The notes beneath the pieces are model-generated. The model was not told where the DNA came from. It saw only the letters and a list, made by a program, of their open reading frames with translations, and did no database searches. The position numbers and the translations under genes are program-made. Of a stretch of 64,000 bases of DNA, positions 52,560 through 64,000 are shown piece by piece (the stretch's first letter is position 1; every line of letters begins with the position of its first letter). The stretch is from Podarcis filfolensis (Eukaryota): the NCBI GenBank assembly GCA_964270895.1, contig OZ185440.1, one strand, 5' to 3'.

Positions 52560-53720
52560 CTTTCACTTCCCCCACATTTAGGGTTTGAGCCCCCAAGGGG
52601 GTAAAGCCCCCTCCCCCCCTCCGGCCCCTTTATTTACCGCCATCATCAGCACGCGCGAGCTGTCACCAAGCGCGAGACACCCCAACCGGTACCTGACACG
52701 CCCCCCCGGCCGCCATTGGCCGCCGAGCTCGCCCCGCCCCGCGCTGCCGTTGGCTGAACCGCCCGCCAGACACGATTTCCTTCCCACCCCCGGCTTGGGC
52801 CGCCCTACGACGAGTCGCCATTCAACGAGCACGTTTACGCTACCTGCGCAAGGGGGCTCCCGAGAGTTTTCTTGGACGGTTCTTTTTCTTCTCGGCGTCA
52901 TCTACGTAACACGAAAGAGCGGGAACCCTCTCACTGATTTACGCTAGTGACGCGTCAGATTGTGTGGGGTGGTGGTTGTTGTTGTTTTTAGTTTTCCCGA
53001 GAATCCGAAGATTCTTGGGAACAGTTCGTCCCTAACGGCGTGGCAGCCAAAGCAGACGCGTTTGCCGTCTCTTGTTCCCCCGAACTGCTAGTTTACGGCA
53101 CTTGCGGAAGCTAACCAAATCCTATAAAAACCAGAAGCGGAGTCTCGGAAGGAGAGTCCGGGGAATACGTTAGCTCCGCCCCCGGAGCTGTGACATCCGT
53201 GGGCTTTGTGAATCGCGGGGGGAGGAAGAGGGGGGTTAAGTTTGGTTGAATCACAGGAGGGTAAATAAGGATGTTTCAGAGACAAAGGGGCTCTTAAAGA
53301 CGCAGGACCCCATTTCGTCGGTCGCCCGCCTGTCTCTCCGGAGCGTCGCGGAGGGCCTGGCCGGGGAGCTTGGGTCTCGCGGCGGGGCTGAGGGCTCGCA
53401 AGGGACGGGGAAGAGAAGGCTCCCGAATGTCGCTGCTCCGCGACGGCCTCCCGAGACAAGGGAAGGGGCAGCAGCTGGCACGTTCACATGGCCCAATGTG
53501 TAAACACACGTGTATACACACACGCAGCGTGCGCGCGGCCCCGCAGGGTCACTGCCTGGCGGACGCCACGCGGAGCAGTGGCCGAATCCTGCGCCCTGTT
53601 CCCCGCTCCTGTCGCAGGTCCGGCTGGAGCGCCTTTTGCTTCGCGGGCTGCGCCAAGCGCCGCAATAGAAACCGGGCTAAGGAACCCACACGGCGTCAAA
53701 ATGTGAAACTTGCCGCTTTT
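52560..53720. promoter_or_regulatory. CpG island; probable main USP49 promoter, likely bidirectional
   Basis: Very high GC and CpG density against an AT-rich background; GC boxes (52731-52740, 53174-53182), CCAAT-like ccattgg 52712-52718, tgacgcgtca 52948-52957. Plus strand is C-rich at 52100-52800 and G-rich at 53150-53470. Confidence 0.85.
52638..52900 (-). other. Candidate USP49 first exon (5' boundary unknown)
   Basis: Two minus-strand donors within the island: GCG|GTAAAT at 52638 and CAG|GTACCG at 52693. Confidence 0.4.
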
Positions 53721-56203
53721 TAAAGTATATATAATTTAAACAGATATTATGTGGCTTTTTTTTTGCCTCGTTTTACCGTCAGGAAGGAACTGATGACATG
53801 GCAGCAGGTGAATAATCTGAGGCAGGCAGAGACTGCAGGGACAGAAAAGCAGGCTCCGTTGCGGCCGTTTTGAATCTCCTTGTATGCTTGTATGTATAAT
53901 GGGAGAAATTAACGTATCGTACAGAATAACTTTGCAGCAGAGGTGTCGGCAAATTTATTCAGAAAAATCCTCTTTCAATGAATCTTTCTTTCTGGGGAAA
54001 AAGCATGTGGTAATGTGCACTTTCAGGGGGGAGAAATGCTAGATTTATACCGATCGGACCTTAGCATTTTTGTGTGGAAGCCCTCCGGCAAATTAACACC
54101 AGATTACAGCTCACATCTATATCAGTTGACTGCAGTATAGAAATCCAGTGCTTTGTGATGCTACTGTGACATAAAAGCATGGATCTTCATTATTAAAGTT
54201 AACATGCAGAGGTTCCCCAAATGCCAAATTTGTTGTTAAATCACAGCATTCATCCATAAACTATACTGCAAAATATAAGGGATTCAGCACTTCATGGCCA
54301 CAATAGCATAACACATGGAATGTTGCCAAAGCCACTATCAAATCACTGCTTGCATCCATTTCCATGGACTCCAAAATAAAAACCACAGCTCTAGATTTCT
54401 CTAATATCCAGCCTGGTAATTCTGATAATATTTGGGCCAGTCCCGACCAGGTACTGTATTACCTGACTGGATTTTGGAATTATTGTAATGGAGTAAGACA
54501 GCTTCCTTTGCTTTTTGTAGATCTAGCATTGTTGTAGATAACAAAGATCAAAGGCACAGACCCTTATTGATCCTTATTCCCCCCCCCATAGAATTCTGCC
54601 CTATCTGCCATCAAATCACAAATCACATTCTTGCCTATGAAGTGCATTATAAACTTGTGGTGTGATGCTAAAGTATGAACCAGATTCATAAGTTATCAGT
54701 CGCTACTTTAGGGAAACTTTGGGGAAACTTTAGGCAAGCTGCCCTCAATGGGCCACCTTGCATACTTAGTGGGGATCAGCTTGTTTGTGGGATGGCTGCC
54801 TATAGCAACAGCACTGAGCAGAGTTCTGACCAGTGCACCTGAACTTACCTGCTGCACCACTCCCCATTGTGGAAAAGCAGGCTGTTTACTTGATGATGGC
54901 ATCAGCATATCATATGCTGCTAGACTTGTATGCAGGTGTCCCGTATTGATATATTTGTTGTTTTATGCAACTTTTTAGACTGTTATTGTCACCCAAAGCA
55001 GCTGACATCAATTTTAAAAAGAAGTAGAGCTGTTATCAGGACTAGAAACTAAAAGAACACACAAGGTAAATGGAAGTAAACGGAATAGGAAGGAGATTAG
55101 TTCTTCTTCAATGTCAGAACAAAGTGAAGAGCTATATCCTGTTCAGGCTAGGCTGATCTTCTGCAGCTGGTGTTGTTGCCTGAATGCTCTTGTTCCTTTG
55201 ACCCATGTGGTGGATCACTAAACTGCATGTTGCAATTGTTGCAGCCTTCTTAATTAAGAACCTTCTAGCACTGGACTTACTTCATCCACCCATGCTTCCC
55301 ATTGGATCATCCAGGGAAGGAATGAGTTATAACCTTCTCTTGCAATTGAATCTTGTTGAGCAACAAGGTCTTCCTGAGCTCTGGTTTGTTCCTGTATGCT
55401 TGATTACTGTTTGGTCTTTTGATGTTTCTTCCTACTGTTTTGGCATCTGGTCCTGGTTTACTTCTTGATACTCAAATTTAGTCTTCAGTCTGTGCACACA
55501 GATATGAGCTCCGATCATCTATGGGAGAGCCATGTCTCAGATACATGTGATTGTGTCACTGTGCTTGTTGCATTGTTGGCATCCTTCTGTCTTGAGAGTG
55601 TGTCTCAGTCAAACCTCCCTGGGCCCCAAGCCTGGGCAGTGTGTTTGGAGGTGGTCCTGGGCTGCCCAGACAACACTGTGATGGAGCTGTAATTTTTACA
55701 GTGAAATCTGTGTGGATGGGCTTGAGCTATGAATAGATGGTACACTTTTATGGTGTAACAATTTTAAAATGAGAAAGAGGAATTGCCCTGGATCTACATT
55801 CTTGTTTTGTGATGGTAACATAAGGACTAGATCCATGTATAGTGATGGTTGATTTGGGAAGCCTCCAGGGAGAAACCATGAGGGTCTAGGATCCTTGGTT
55901 TAGCACTCTGATGGAGACATGAAGTCATGGGTCTGTGATATTGGCAGCACATTTTGTGAATACAGATGTGACTCATGATTTGGATTTGGACCATTTCCAT
56001 TGAGAAACCATGCTAATGAGCTCCAGGTCCATGTTTTTGCACCACAGCAAACTGCTAGATCCATGGTTGTTATGGGGAAGAATGTGAACTGTGATTTGAA
56101 CTGTGGTGTGCGTACAAAAATAATGCAAATTCAGAGGGATCCTTTAATTCAACTAGATCATACTTTTACTTTCCACTCCCTCTCCAAGGGGTATGAGAAG
56201 TAG

Positions 56204-56798
56204 TGTAATGAACCTTGTATGAAGATTGGCCAACTGAAAGTTAACCCAGGGTGAATGGTAGGCTGATTATAGTTCTGGTTGCCGGTTGCCATGTGAACTA
56301 GAGGGGGGGGGGGCTAGGCCAACTTGGGGGGGAGTGGGAGGTGTTGTGTTGGGAGAGATCTATCTGAAACCTGAAAAGACGCTGCCTAATGGCCCTGTGA
56401 GATCTTAGTTAGGGATTATAGGAGATTCCGCCATCCACAAACAAGGCACTGAAGTGAAGATTCCTGTCATAGTCCACCATCTGTGATGAAGGTTGCCAGC
56501 TGAGCAGTACAGCTGCAATAGCAATAATCAAGGCTATGAAACATCTTGCTTTTTTCTCTGTGTACTGTCTGATTTTTATTTTATTTTATGTTAATTGGTT
56601 AGCTACAGCAATAATTTAGGTTTAATATCCCAGACATATCTTATTTGTTCTGTAACATCTGAGTTACCATACTATTGTTTTGCTTGTCTAAATTCCTTGG
56701 GGCTTTTCTTGACCCCAAAATAAATCTTGCCAGTGTTTGAAAGCATCTAGGTGTGCATTCCTTTTTGGCTGAAATTCATGCAAGGAGGGTTTGCACAC
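56204..56798. mobile_element. Possible solo LTR
   Basis: Begins TGTAA, ends CACA, G-rich block and AATAAA near 56719; no TSD found. Confidence 0.3.
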
Positions 56799-57038
56799 CC
56801 AGTTGTGGATCGATTGCAGAAGAAAGGACTATTGACAGGCTAATGAATTGAGGTGTTCAGGGCACAGATCACCCTGAATAAAAATCATAAACTTTCTGCT
56901 CACTCTGGTACTTTCAGTTGGCTGATAAAATAAATTCAAGGGCACGGAAGTAAAAAATCTGAATTCCTAGGTGTGTTCAACAAAAAAAACTGTGTTAGCC
57001 AGAGGGCAGTTTCAAATCTGTTATTTCAGTCTTTAAAG

Positions 57039-57347
57039 GGTAAAGGTAAAGAGACCCCTGACCAGTTGTGGATGACTCTAGGGTTGCGGCGCTCATCTCG
57101 CTCTATAGGCCGAGGGAGCCGGCGTTTGTCTGCAGACAGCTTCCGGGTCATGTGGCCAGCATGACTAAGCCGCTTCTGGTGAACCAGAGCAGCACACGGA
57201 AACGCCATTTACCTTCCCGCCAGCGCAGTACCTATTTATCTACTCGCACTTTGATGCGCTTTCGAACTGCTAGGGATTCGAACCACCAACCTTCTGATCG
57301 GCAAGCCGTAGGCTCTGTGGTTTAGACCACAGCACCACCCGTGTCCC
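57039..57347 (-). mobile_element. Sauria-type SINE with ~46-bp internal deletion
   Basis: Aligns with 36545-36898; joins ctgctaggg directly to attcgaacc. Confidence 0.9.
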
Positions 57348-59515
57348 ATTTAAGTCTTTGCTCTTCTTTAAAAATGTTTTCTCAGATATGCAGAGAACAT
57401 TTTTAAAATATCAGTTTTAGAGCAGTTTCAACTTTTTAACACAATGGCAGGTAGTGATGAAATCTGTGATCCTGCTCCCAGGAGGCCGAGAGAATCCTCT
57501 TGGAGAAGTACTGAAGTAGGAATGGAAGATTTGTTAAAAAGTGATTAGTTTAATAAAGCACTTCAATGGCAAACACTGGCAGTAAACTGAACCTTTGCTG
57601 GGAAAGTGGGAGAGGGGTGTCAACAGGAAACAGGGATCAACTCCACCCCACCGCAAATAATGGGCATGTTCAGGATCAGCCCCCGGGAATTGCTTTTTCA
57701 TCAAGATAAAAGTGCTTGGTTTAACTTCTTATTAAAAATCACACTTATTAAACAGCATGTTTATTTAGTCTTAAGAATGCTGGTTTCTAAAAATAAGCTA
57801 ACCAGGAAACAGCAGAAAGCAGCTGTTTTACATAAACTTTTGTGTGTGGTGTGTGTGTGGCATGAATTGCCTCAGCAGATACAAAAGACAAAAGATGTGG
57901 GGGGGGGCACCTTAAGCAGAAAACTCAGAGTGAGGTGATACAGCTGGGGAACACAACTGCTTCTCAGGCTATCAAAGTGCCACAGTTTTACACAGAGGTG
58001 AATAATTTGACAGAATAGATCAGAAATTAAAGGAACTGGTTTTCATTTGGAGGAGACACTTCATAACACTAAAGCATTATTCTGCCATTTAAAACAAACG
58101 GCCCAGGATCGAGATATGACACATGGGATGTGTCAATATGCCCTACATTGTCTGAAGCCTCAAAGCAAGAAAAGATAGGCACGATTGCCAGTCATCAAAT
58201 GGATAAACTTTACTCTTTGCATGCACAGGGCCAAAGTCCCTCATGATAAAGTGGTGGTAGCTCCAGTGAACCCAAAACTCACAAGAACCATGTGAAGTAA
58301 CAAGGATGCGGGGACTCCAGTCACAGATTCATGACCCAAAATGGTGTACATTTTGCATATGCATTGGTGCCTCTAGAAAATTAAGGTAACAGGTGGTTGG
58401 AATTCCACCCACATGGCATTCTTCTGCCATATTAGCAGAGTATTAAAATGTAATGTATCCAGTACAGTGCTAAACAACTCTTCTGTCAGTGCAAGGACCT
58501 ACAGTTGTGCAACAGGACTTTCTCCCCTACCTTGACTGGTCCCCCTAAAACAGTTCTGGGGGTTCTTTAGGTTCTTTGGAGCAGATCTGGGGAGCATGCA
58601 GAGTACTCAAGCGAGGAGAAGTCTTATCACACAAGCATAAATTCTTTTTCAGGCAGGACAGTTACTTAGCACTACATTGGATTCAGACAAGGCCTGCAGC
58701 AAAAGACTGCAGCATGACCTTCATTGGCCATTCCCTAACAATGCCACTTCAGGGGTGCCAAAAGATGTGAGGTGGCCATCCATGAAGATAAGCTCCTTTA
58801 GGCTGACCAAGTCAGGGCATTGTCAGTCACCTCTTTGATTTTGAACGATGACAAGCAACACATCGGCTAATAATATACTGACAATATTTTTATAACACTA
58901 TACTGTACTATATCAAAATTCATTAACAGAAGACATATAATATGTGCATGGAATCACAAACTAATAAGAATCAGATAAATGTTCCATAACCAGGAATGGT
59001 AGGATTGGTAAGTACCTATTTGATTTTGAGCATGTTTGTAAGCGCACTGTGGATTTTACTAAGCATTTTTCAGATCCTTGGTAGCAGTTTATTAGGAGCC
59101 ATAAGAAACCTAACTTTTAAAGGCCTGCCCCTGCTCCAAAGGGGGGGGGTGTGCGTGTGCATGCGTTTGCATATTCCAACTCCCAGGCAGTTACTGTTGT
59201 TTTCAAGTTGCCCAGCAAGAAATGCACCCTGCAACCTGCAAAGTTTTAGGGTGCACTTTCTGACTTGTGTTTACAGGGCCTGCTGTTTACATGTTTTGCT
59301 TTTTAAACACGCTATGCATTTTTAAAACTTTTTTTTAAAAAAATGCCGGATACAAACCTTTTGAGCTCTGGAGCAGTAGTGGAAATGTTTAATGTAGCAT
59401 AACAACAAACGAATAAGCTGGTCCCCCCCCCATAAAAAAACACTTGAGGGAAGAAAGTATGCCAGCCCAGCTTCTCTTGTCACTCTGACTGAACTCCAAA
59501 GGCTGAGAGAGAGCA

Positions 59516-59560
59516 AAGAAGTCGCCTGGTTCTAAAGCAAGAAGTCGCCTGGTTCTAAAG
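59516..59560. repeat. 23-bp-period tandem duplication aagaagtcgcctggttctaaag
   Basis: Two perfect 22-bp copies separated by one base. Confidence 0.9.
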
Positions 59561-59579
59561 GGGACAGGGGAGGACCTCT

Positions 59580-59950
59580 GCGGTCTTTGTGAAAAACCTA
59601 ACGATTTGTATTGGCAGTTAAGAGTGGGAAAGCCAGCTCAATCCTTGATCGGCAATGGCAAGAAGGACGGCGATCATCTGCGACTCTAACATTTCTAGGG
59701 GCGGGGGCTTTCGCCCTCAATCCCAAAGATCTAAGAATGACTGGCCCGGCAAGGTGGACGCATTCCTGGGGCCTCGTCCCCCTTCTCAATGGGTACTTGT
59801 AGACTGGAGGCGTAGTTTCGTCGCCTTCTTCAGGCCTGGCCCCGCCCCTTATTCTCGGCTGCCACGGCAACGACCAAAATTATGGACAGGAAGGCGGGGA
59901 GGGGGGGGGAGAGAACCGACTGCCGGAGATTTCAGGGAAGCGCAAGTCCT
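59580..59950. promoter_or_regulatory. Second promoter-like CpG-rich island, no assignable gene
   Basis: Cluster of CpGs; GC boxes ggggcgggg 59698-59706, ccccgcccc 59840-59848, ggcggg ~59894; attgg 59610-59614; RFX X-box-like gctgccacggcaac 59858-59871. Confidence 0.6.
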
Positions 59951-61597
59951 TTGTGGAAATTTGAGGGATTTTTTTTTTTTAATTCAGTCACCATTGTACA
60001 CGAGGCGGCATGATTTAGTTTCTGTTTCTATAACAGGAGATGAAGAGCAGGCGGCCTTTCTAGCCCGTTCATTTTTAAAAAAGCATTGGGAAAGGTTTTG
60101 GGTGTGCGTGTGTTAATTTTAATTACATTACAAAAGCTGATTCTAACATCTGCCTCTATTTCTGTAAGGCAGCCGAACTCTCTCCCCGCACCCAAAGCCG
60201 ATAGCTCATCTAAGGGTTTGTTCACACAAAGATTCATACAGTGTGCAATACGCAATATGCAAAAGGATGCACAGGGGTCGTTTTCCCCTACTATGATTTG
60301 GCTAATTATAGTTGCCTGCAGTAGGCTATTTCACTTGTTACATTAAACACTCATACACACACAAACACCATTGCTTTGCTGTTCTGGCCCAACAAAGGGT
60401 TTTGATTTAGACCCTCGCCAGACTCCTGCTTAGATTCCACTAAGCTTTATCCACAATTGGTCAGTTTCTACCACTGACCTGTCAGCTTCCATCATGCCAT
60501 GGCATGCTTTGTGGTAGCGCCACTTTGAGAACAGTCCAGCTCTCTTCCTCCCCCATATCAAAGTTCTAACCCAGGGTCTGGTATTTTTGAAATAAAAACG
60601 TGGCAACACTAAGTACAGGTCTCTAAATTAGAACCCCCCCCCAACTGAGGACTGAATTGAGGTGGGGGGAGACCTGCAGCCTATTTTTGCAGTGAACAGT
60701 TGAGAGTAGCTATCCCATGTTTTCTTCCATTTCTAGAATGCTATATGTGCCAATTGCTTTCAAATATCCGCCTCTCCTGCCTTGGACGTCAGACTTATTC
60801 AATAGTAGCATCTTCCCTTGTGGTAAAGGAATGCTTGCAGAACCCACCAGTGCTTAGTTTGATGCAGTGCCATCAAAGGATGAAGGCAAGAAAATCCAGT
60901 TATATGCAGAACATTCAAAAAGGCTTTAAAAAACCTCTCAAGTGTCTTTTTATTTGCGTGTTTTCATTAGACATGCTGCTGAAAAACTGTAACGGCTGAT
61001 TTTAAAGTAACGCTGCTTACTTTTGTATTTTTTTAACACAATTTAGTGACATAATTTTGCAGTTATGCCATTTGGGAGAATGTTATCAATATTTTAAATA
61101 AAGCAAATTTTACTACTGTATGTGGTCACAGGCGAAACAAACAAACTTAAGAAACCCCCAGACTTATTTACATAATGTTTTATCCAAGGCAATGGGCTGA
61201 GAGGGTGTAATTTATGAGTTGTGACAGTTTTAGTGGCAGTTAAATGGCTTTTCCTAGGGCCTTGAAGTACGTGAGAAGTTTTACCAGAATATCTCTACAC
61301 TGAGGGATTCCTTCACTGTACCTGACAGTAACAGATTTTTCAACTGAGCAAGGATAGTCGGTGCTATATCTGAAAAATGGAGGCCAGTTCCACACATCTC
61401 ATTATACTTCTCAAGGGGAAAGTATTGGGACATTAGTTGCTTGGATATGAACATTAATTAGTAACCCTTGCCTAAAATCTACCAAAATAATGCTAGCTGT
61501 AAACTTGGTTACCAACTCGGGTCAAGGCCTTGAATAAAATACAGTTTCTCTTTTCCTGTGTTGATTATATAGCCTCACAAAGATCATCTGGCAGTTT

Positions 61598-61746
61598 CAT
61601 ACCCTCCAACGTTTCTCCAGTGAAAATAGGGACCTCCTACCATACCTTCCAACATTTCTCAGAATAGGGACGTCCTAAGGAAAAGCAGGACATTCTGGGA
61701 TCAAATCCAGGACTGTCCCTGGAAGATAGGACACTTGGATGGTCTG
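61598..61746. mobile_element. Unclassified MITE with a tandemly duplicated left end
   Basis: cataccctccaac at 61598 and cataccttccaac at 61641, each followed by aatagggac; right end ttggatggtctg. Confidence 0.55.
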
Positions 61747-62179
61747 CAAGTTTGTTATATTTCTTACAAAAAGCTTGCCTGCTTGCTTATTTATTTATTT
61801 AAGTATTCATTTAAATATGGCTGGAAGTCTGGGTACAAGCAGAATCTTAAGAGCAGAAAAGCACTTAGGTAAGCCATCCTCTAGCTGAAGCCCCATTAGA
61901 TATTGTACTGTGTTCTAGCATAGCAGAGACCACACCTTGACACCTTTCCTATGTGACAGCCCTTCAGGTCTTTGAAGATTTGCTATCATGTCCCCTCACA
62001 GTGTATACTTAACGAGATTTTTAAAACATGAAGTGATTTAGAAATGCTTTTAAATAAATATATGTGGGTATATAAACAAGCATTAAAGAGGCCTCCTGGC
62101 CCGCTCACAGGTCCTTTATAAGACCAGTGGTAACAGTTGGCCCTGGAGAATATTAACCACTCTCAATTTTACCTGTGGA

Positions 62180-62366
62180 CTGCCATCTGTCCAGATTTTA
62201 ATTTCCTCTGAACTAATTTTAAGATGTATTTTAACTAATTGATTGCCTGCTTTTATGTTTTTTGTATACTGTCTTAGTTTCATGTTAGCCGCCCTGAGCC
62301 TGGCTCCGGCCGGGGAGGGTGGGGTACAAATAAAATATTATTATTATTATTAATTATTATTATTAT
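62180..62366 (+). mobile_element. L2 3' end with (TTA)n tail
   Basis: T-rich 3' UTR, gttagccgccctgagc motif, aaataaaatattattattatt tail; a similar tail at 30730-30892. Confidence 0.6.
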
Positions 62367-62649
62367 TTCAGAAACTTGCAAACTCTGATGTAGTTGAATG
62401 CATACTTTGGTGTTTATTTACAAAAACCAGCTTGGTGATTTTTGCCAAGTAAGGTCCCAATCCTACACGGTGTGTCCCAATCCTGGGCAGTGTTAGATGT
62501 TGAACATCGTGATGTATCACCAGCCAGACATTGCGGTTTGGCGATGAACTGCAATGTTGAAACAAGCTGCGTTGGCCCCAGCCAGCTAGACGCAGGGTGA
62601 AACTGCCGCAACTTTCGCCACCAGAGCTGGGCCCCTTTCACCCCAGTGC

Positions 62650-63262
62650 CTTGTAGGTTAGGGCCAATGCAGCTGGCCCAGGCCGCTACTCAGCTGGGGG
62701 TGGGGGACTCTCCCTCCCCCCAGCTGAGCGAGCCCTGATGCCTCAGCAGCATCAGGCTTCGCTGCAGCATCAGATTGCTCAGATGGGGCTGGTGGGAGGC
62801 TTCTTCTTCCACCCATTTGAGAGATGTGACACCGCAGTAGCATCAGGCTTTGTGCAGCTGTTGTGTAGAAAAAGCCGCCCCCCCCCAGCTGAGCAATATG
62901 ATGCTGTTGAAGCGTCGTGGTTGCTCTGATGGGGGGGACAGTTTCACAGAGCCCCCACCCCACTGCCGGCTTTGGCAAGCCAGCGCCGGACTGGGGGCTC
63001 CATTAAATGCAGCTTGTCTCTCCCTCTGCCCCATATGAGGGCAGACTGCAATGTCTTTTTCACTCAGCGGTATATCGCTGGTGAAACCACCGCTCTTCTG
63101 AGTCCCTCTGCTAGCAGCACCCCCTGGATGAAGTTGCGCTGCTAGCAGAGGGACTCAGAAGTGCAGCAGTTTCATCGGCGATATACCACTGAGTGAAACC
63201 AACATCGCGGTCTGCTCCTCATACTGGTCCTGGGCAATATATCGATATATCGCCCAGGCCCA
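62650..63262. mobile_element. GC-rich repeat, probable DNA transposon remnant with internal subrepeats and a foldback
   Basis: Repeated cccccagctgagc and gcatcaggctt units; atatcgatatatcgcccaggcc right end; 61-bp inverted arms. Confidence 0.5.
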
Positions 63263-64000
63263 TCTCACAGAAGCTAATGTTTCTCCTCACCTCCTCCCCA
63301 TGCAAACACATTTTAGAACGGAGGCTTATGTTAACTCCTTTAAAAGGCACAACATCAATAAGCCAAAGGTCTGAGCCTTGAACACTTACCCACTGCAGTT
63401 AATCAGTAAGCACGGGAATCAAAACTTATTAAAGTCAAATGAAGTATAGTTCATAGATCAGGTTCAATTTGGTTATTAATATGTTAAATTTACTTGCAGT
63501 ACAAACCATTTTCCGCACATGTTATGAATCAACTTGTCAGATCTTTCTGGGCTCATAGCCAATGGATTGGATTGAAAATACCAAGAAGCTTTTCTAAGTG
63601 CCTTAATGTTTAGATATGCAGGCTTAAGAAATGATTGCCTACCAATAAAAATCATATGTAATTAATAGCTTTGGCAGAATTTCTTTGTAGGCAGTGAATA
63701 ACAGTGATCATTGTATTTCCTTATTATTTGTATAGTTCTAATGTTTCCTAGTAGCTGGAGGTCAATGGATCAAATACAATTAGTGCTGCAAGTCAAAGTA
63801 AATATTCTCCATTCAAACTTATAACTTGCTTTTTGCAGAATACAGTAGATGTGTTATATAGTTTTTACAACTTTGCCCAAATGCAAATTCTGATTACCAA
63901 TAGCTTTCTTTTAAATGATCAATCTGCACGTATGTTGGGAGAAAGGTTAACATACAATTCAATGCACCTGGATCCAAAAAGTACTATTTGCATTTTGTTC

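Noticed and set aside
52025-53723. Many Pro/Gly/Arg-rich ORFs on both strands
   Set aside because: Typical CpG-island artefacts with no homology I recognise.
55190-56200. Retroelement-like decayed coding sequence on the minus strand
   Set aside because: Multiple stops and no diagnostic RT, endonuclease or integrase motif I can identify, so not classified.
54000-64000. MED20 exons expected upstream of USP49 from mammalian synteny
   Set aside because: I found no MED20-like peptide on either strand; it may lie beyond the window.

Overview
Vertebrate genomic DNA from a squamate reptile, most likely a lacertid lizard (inferred from Sauria-type SINEs, a Bov-B 3' end and lizard-type MITEs). The only protein-coding gene I can support is USP49 (ubiquitin-specific peptidase 49) on the minus strand. 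Its CDS is split over five GT-AG exons: 18122-16740, 15104-14900, 11512-11404, 9799-9594 and 8734-8544 (2094 nt, 697 aa), with ZnF-UBP, Cys box, His box and the NDS aspartate intact. A probable ~7 kb 3' UTR runs towards ~1380. The 5' region is long and non-coding, with candidate UTR exons and a CpG-island promoter at ~52.6-53.7 kb that looks bidirectional; a second promoter-like island at ~59.6-59.95 kb has no assignable gene. Most of the rest is intron/intergenic DNA with decayed transposons (L2, SINEs, hAT and Tc1/mariner MITEs, an OposCharlie1-like hAT transposase remnant). There are no prokaryotic features, no CRISPR array and no recognisable rRNA/tRNA gene. I found no new protein-coding system. 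The best leads are regulatory or structural: a candidate 25-nt poison microexon, an AUG-UGA start-stop element just before the USP49 start, a MITE-borne alternative promoter, a TSD-flanked perfect-foldback Bov-B insertion, and a 1.1 kb ORF-less L1-type retroelement carrying CTCF and YY1 sites. Comparisons to human USP49 and to repeat families are from memory, not from searches.
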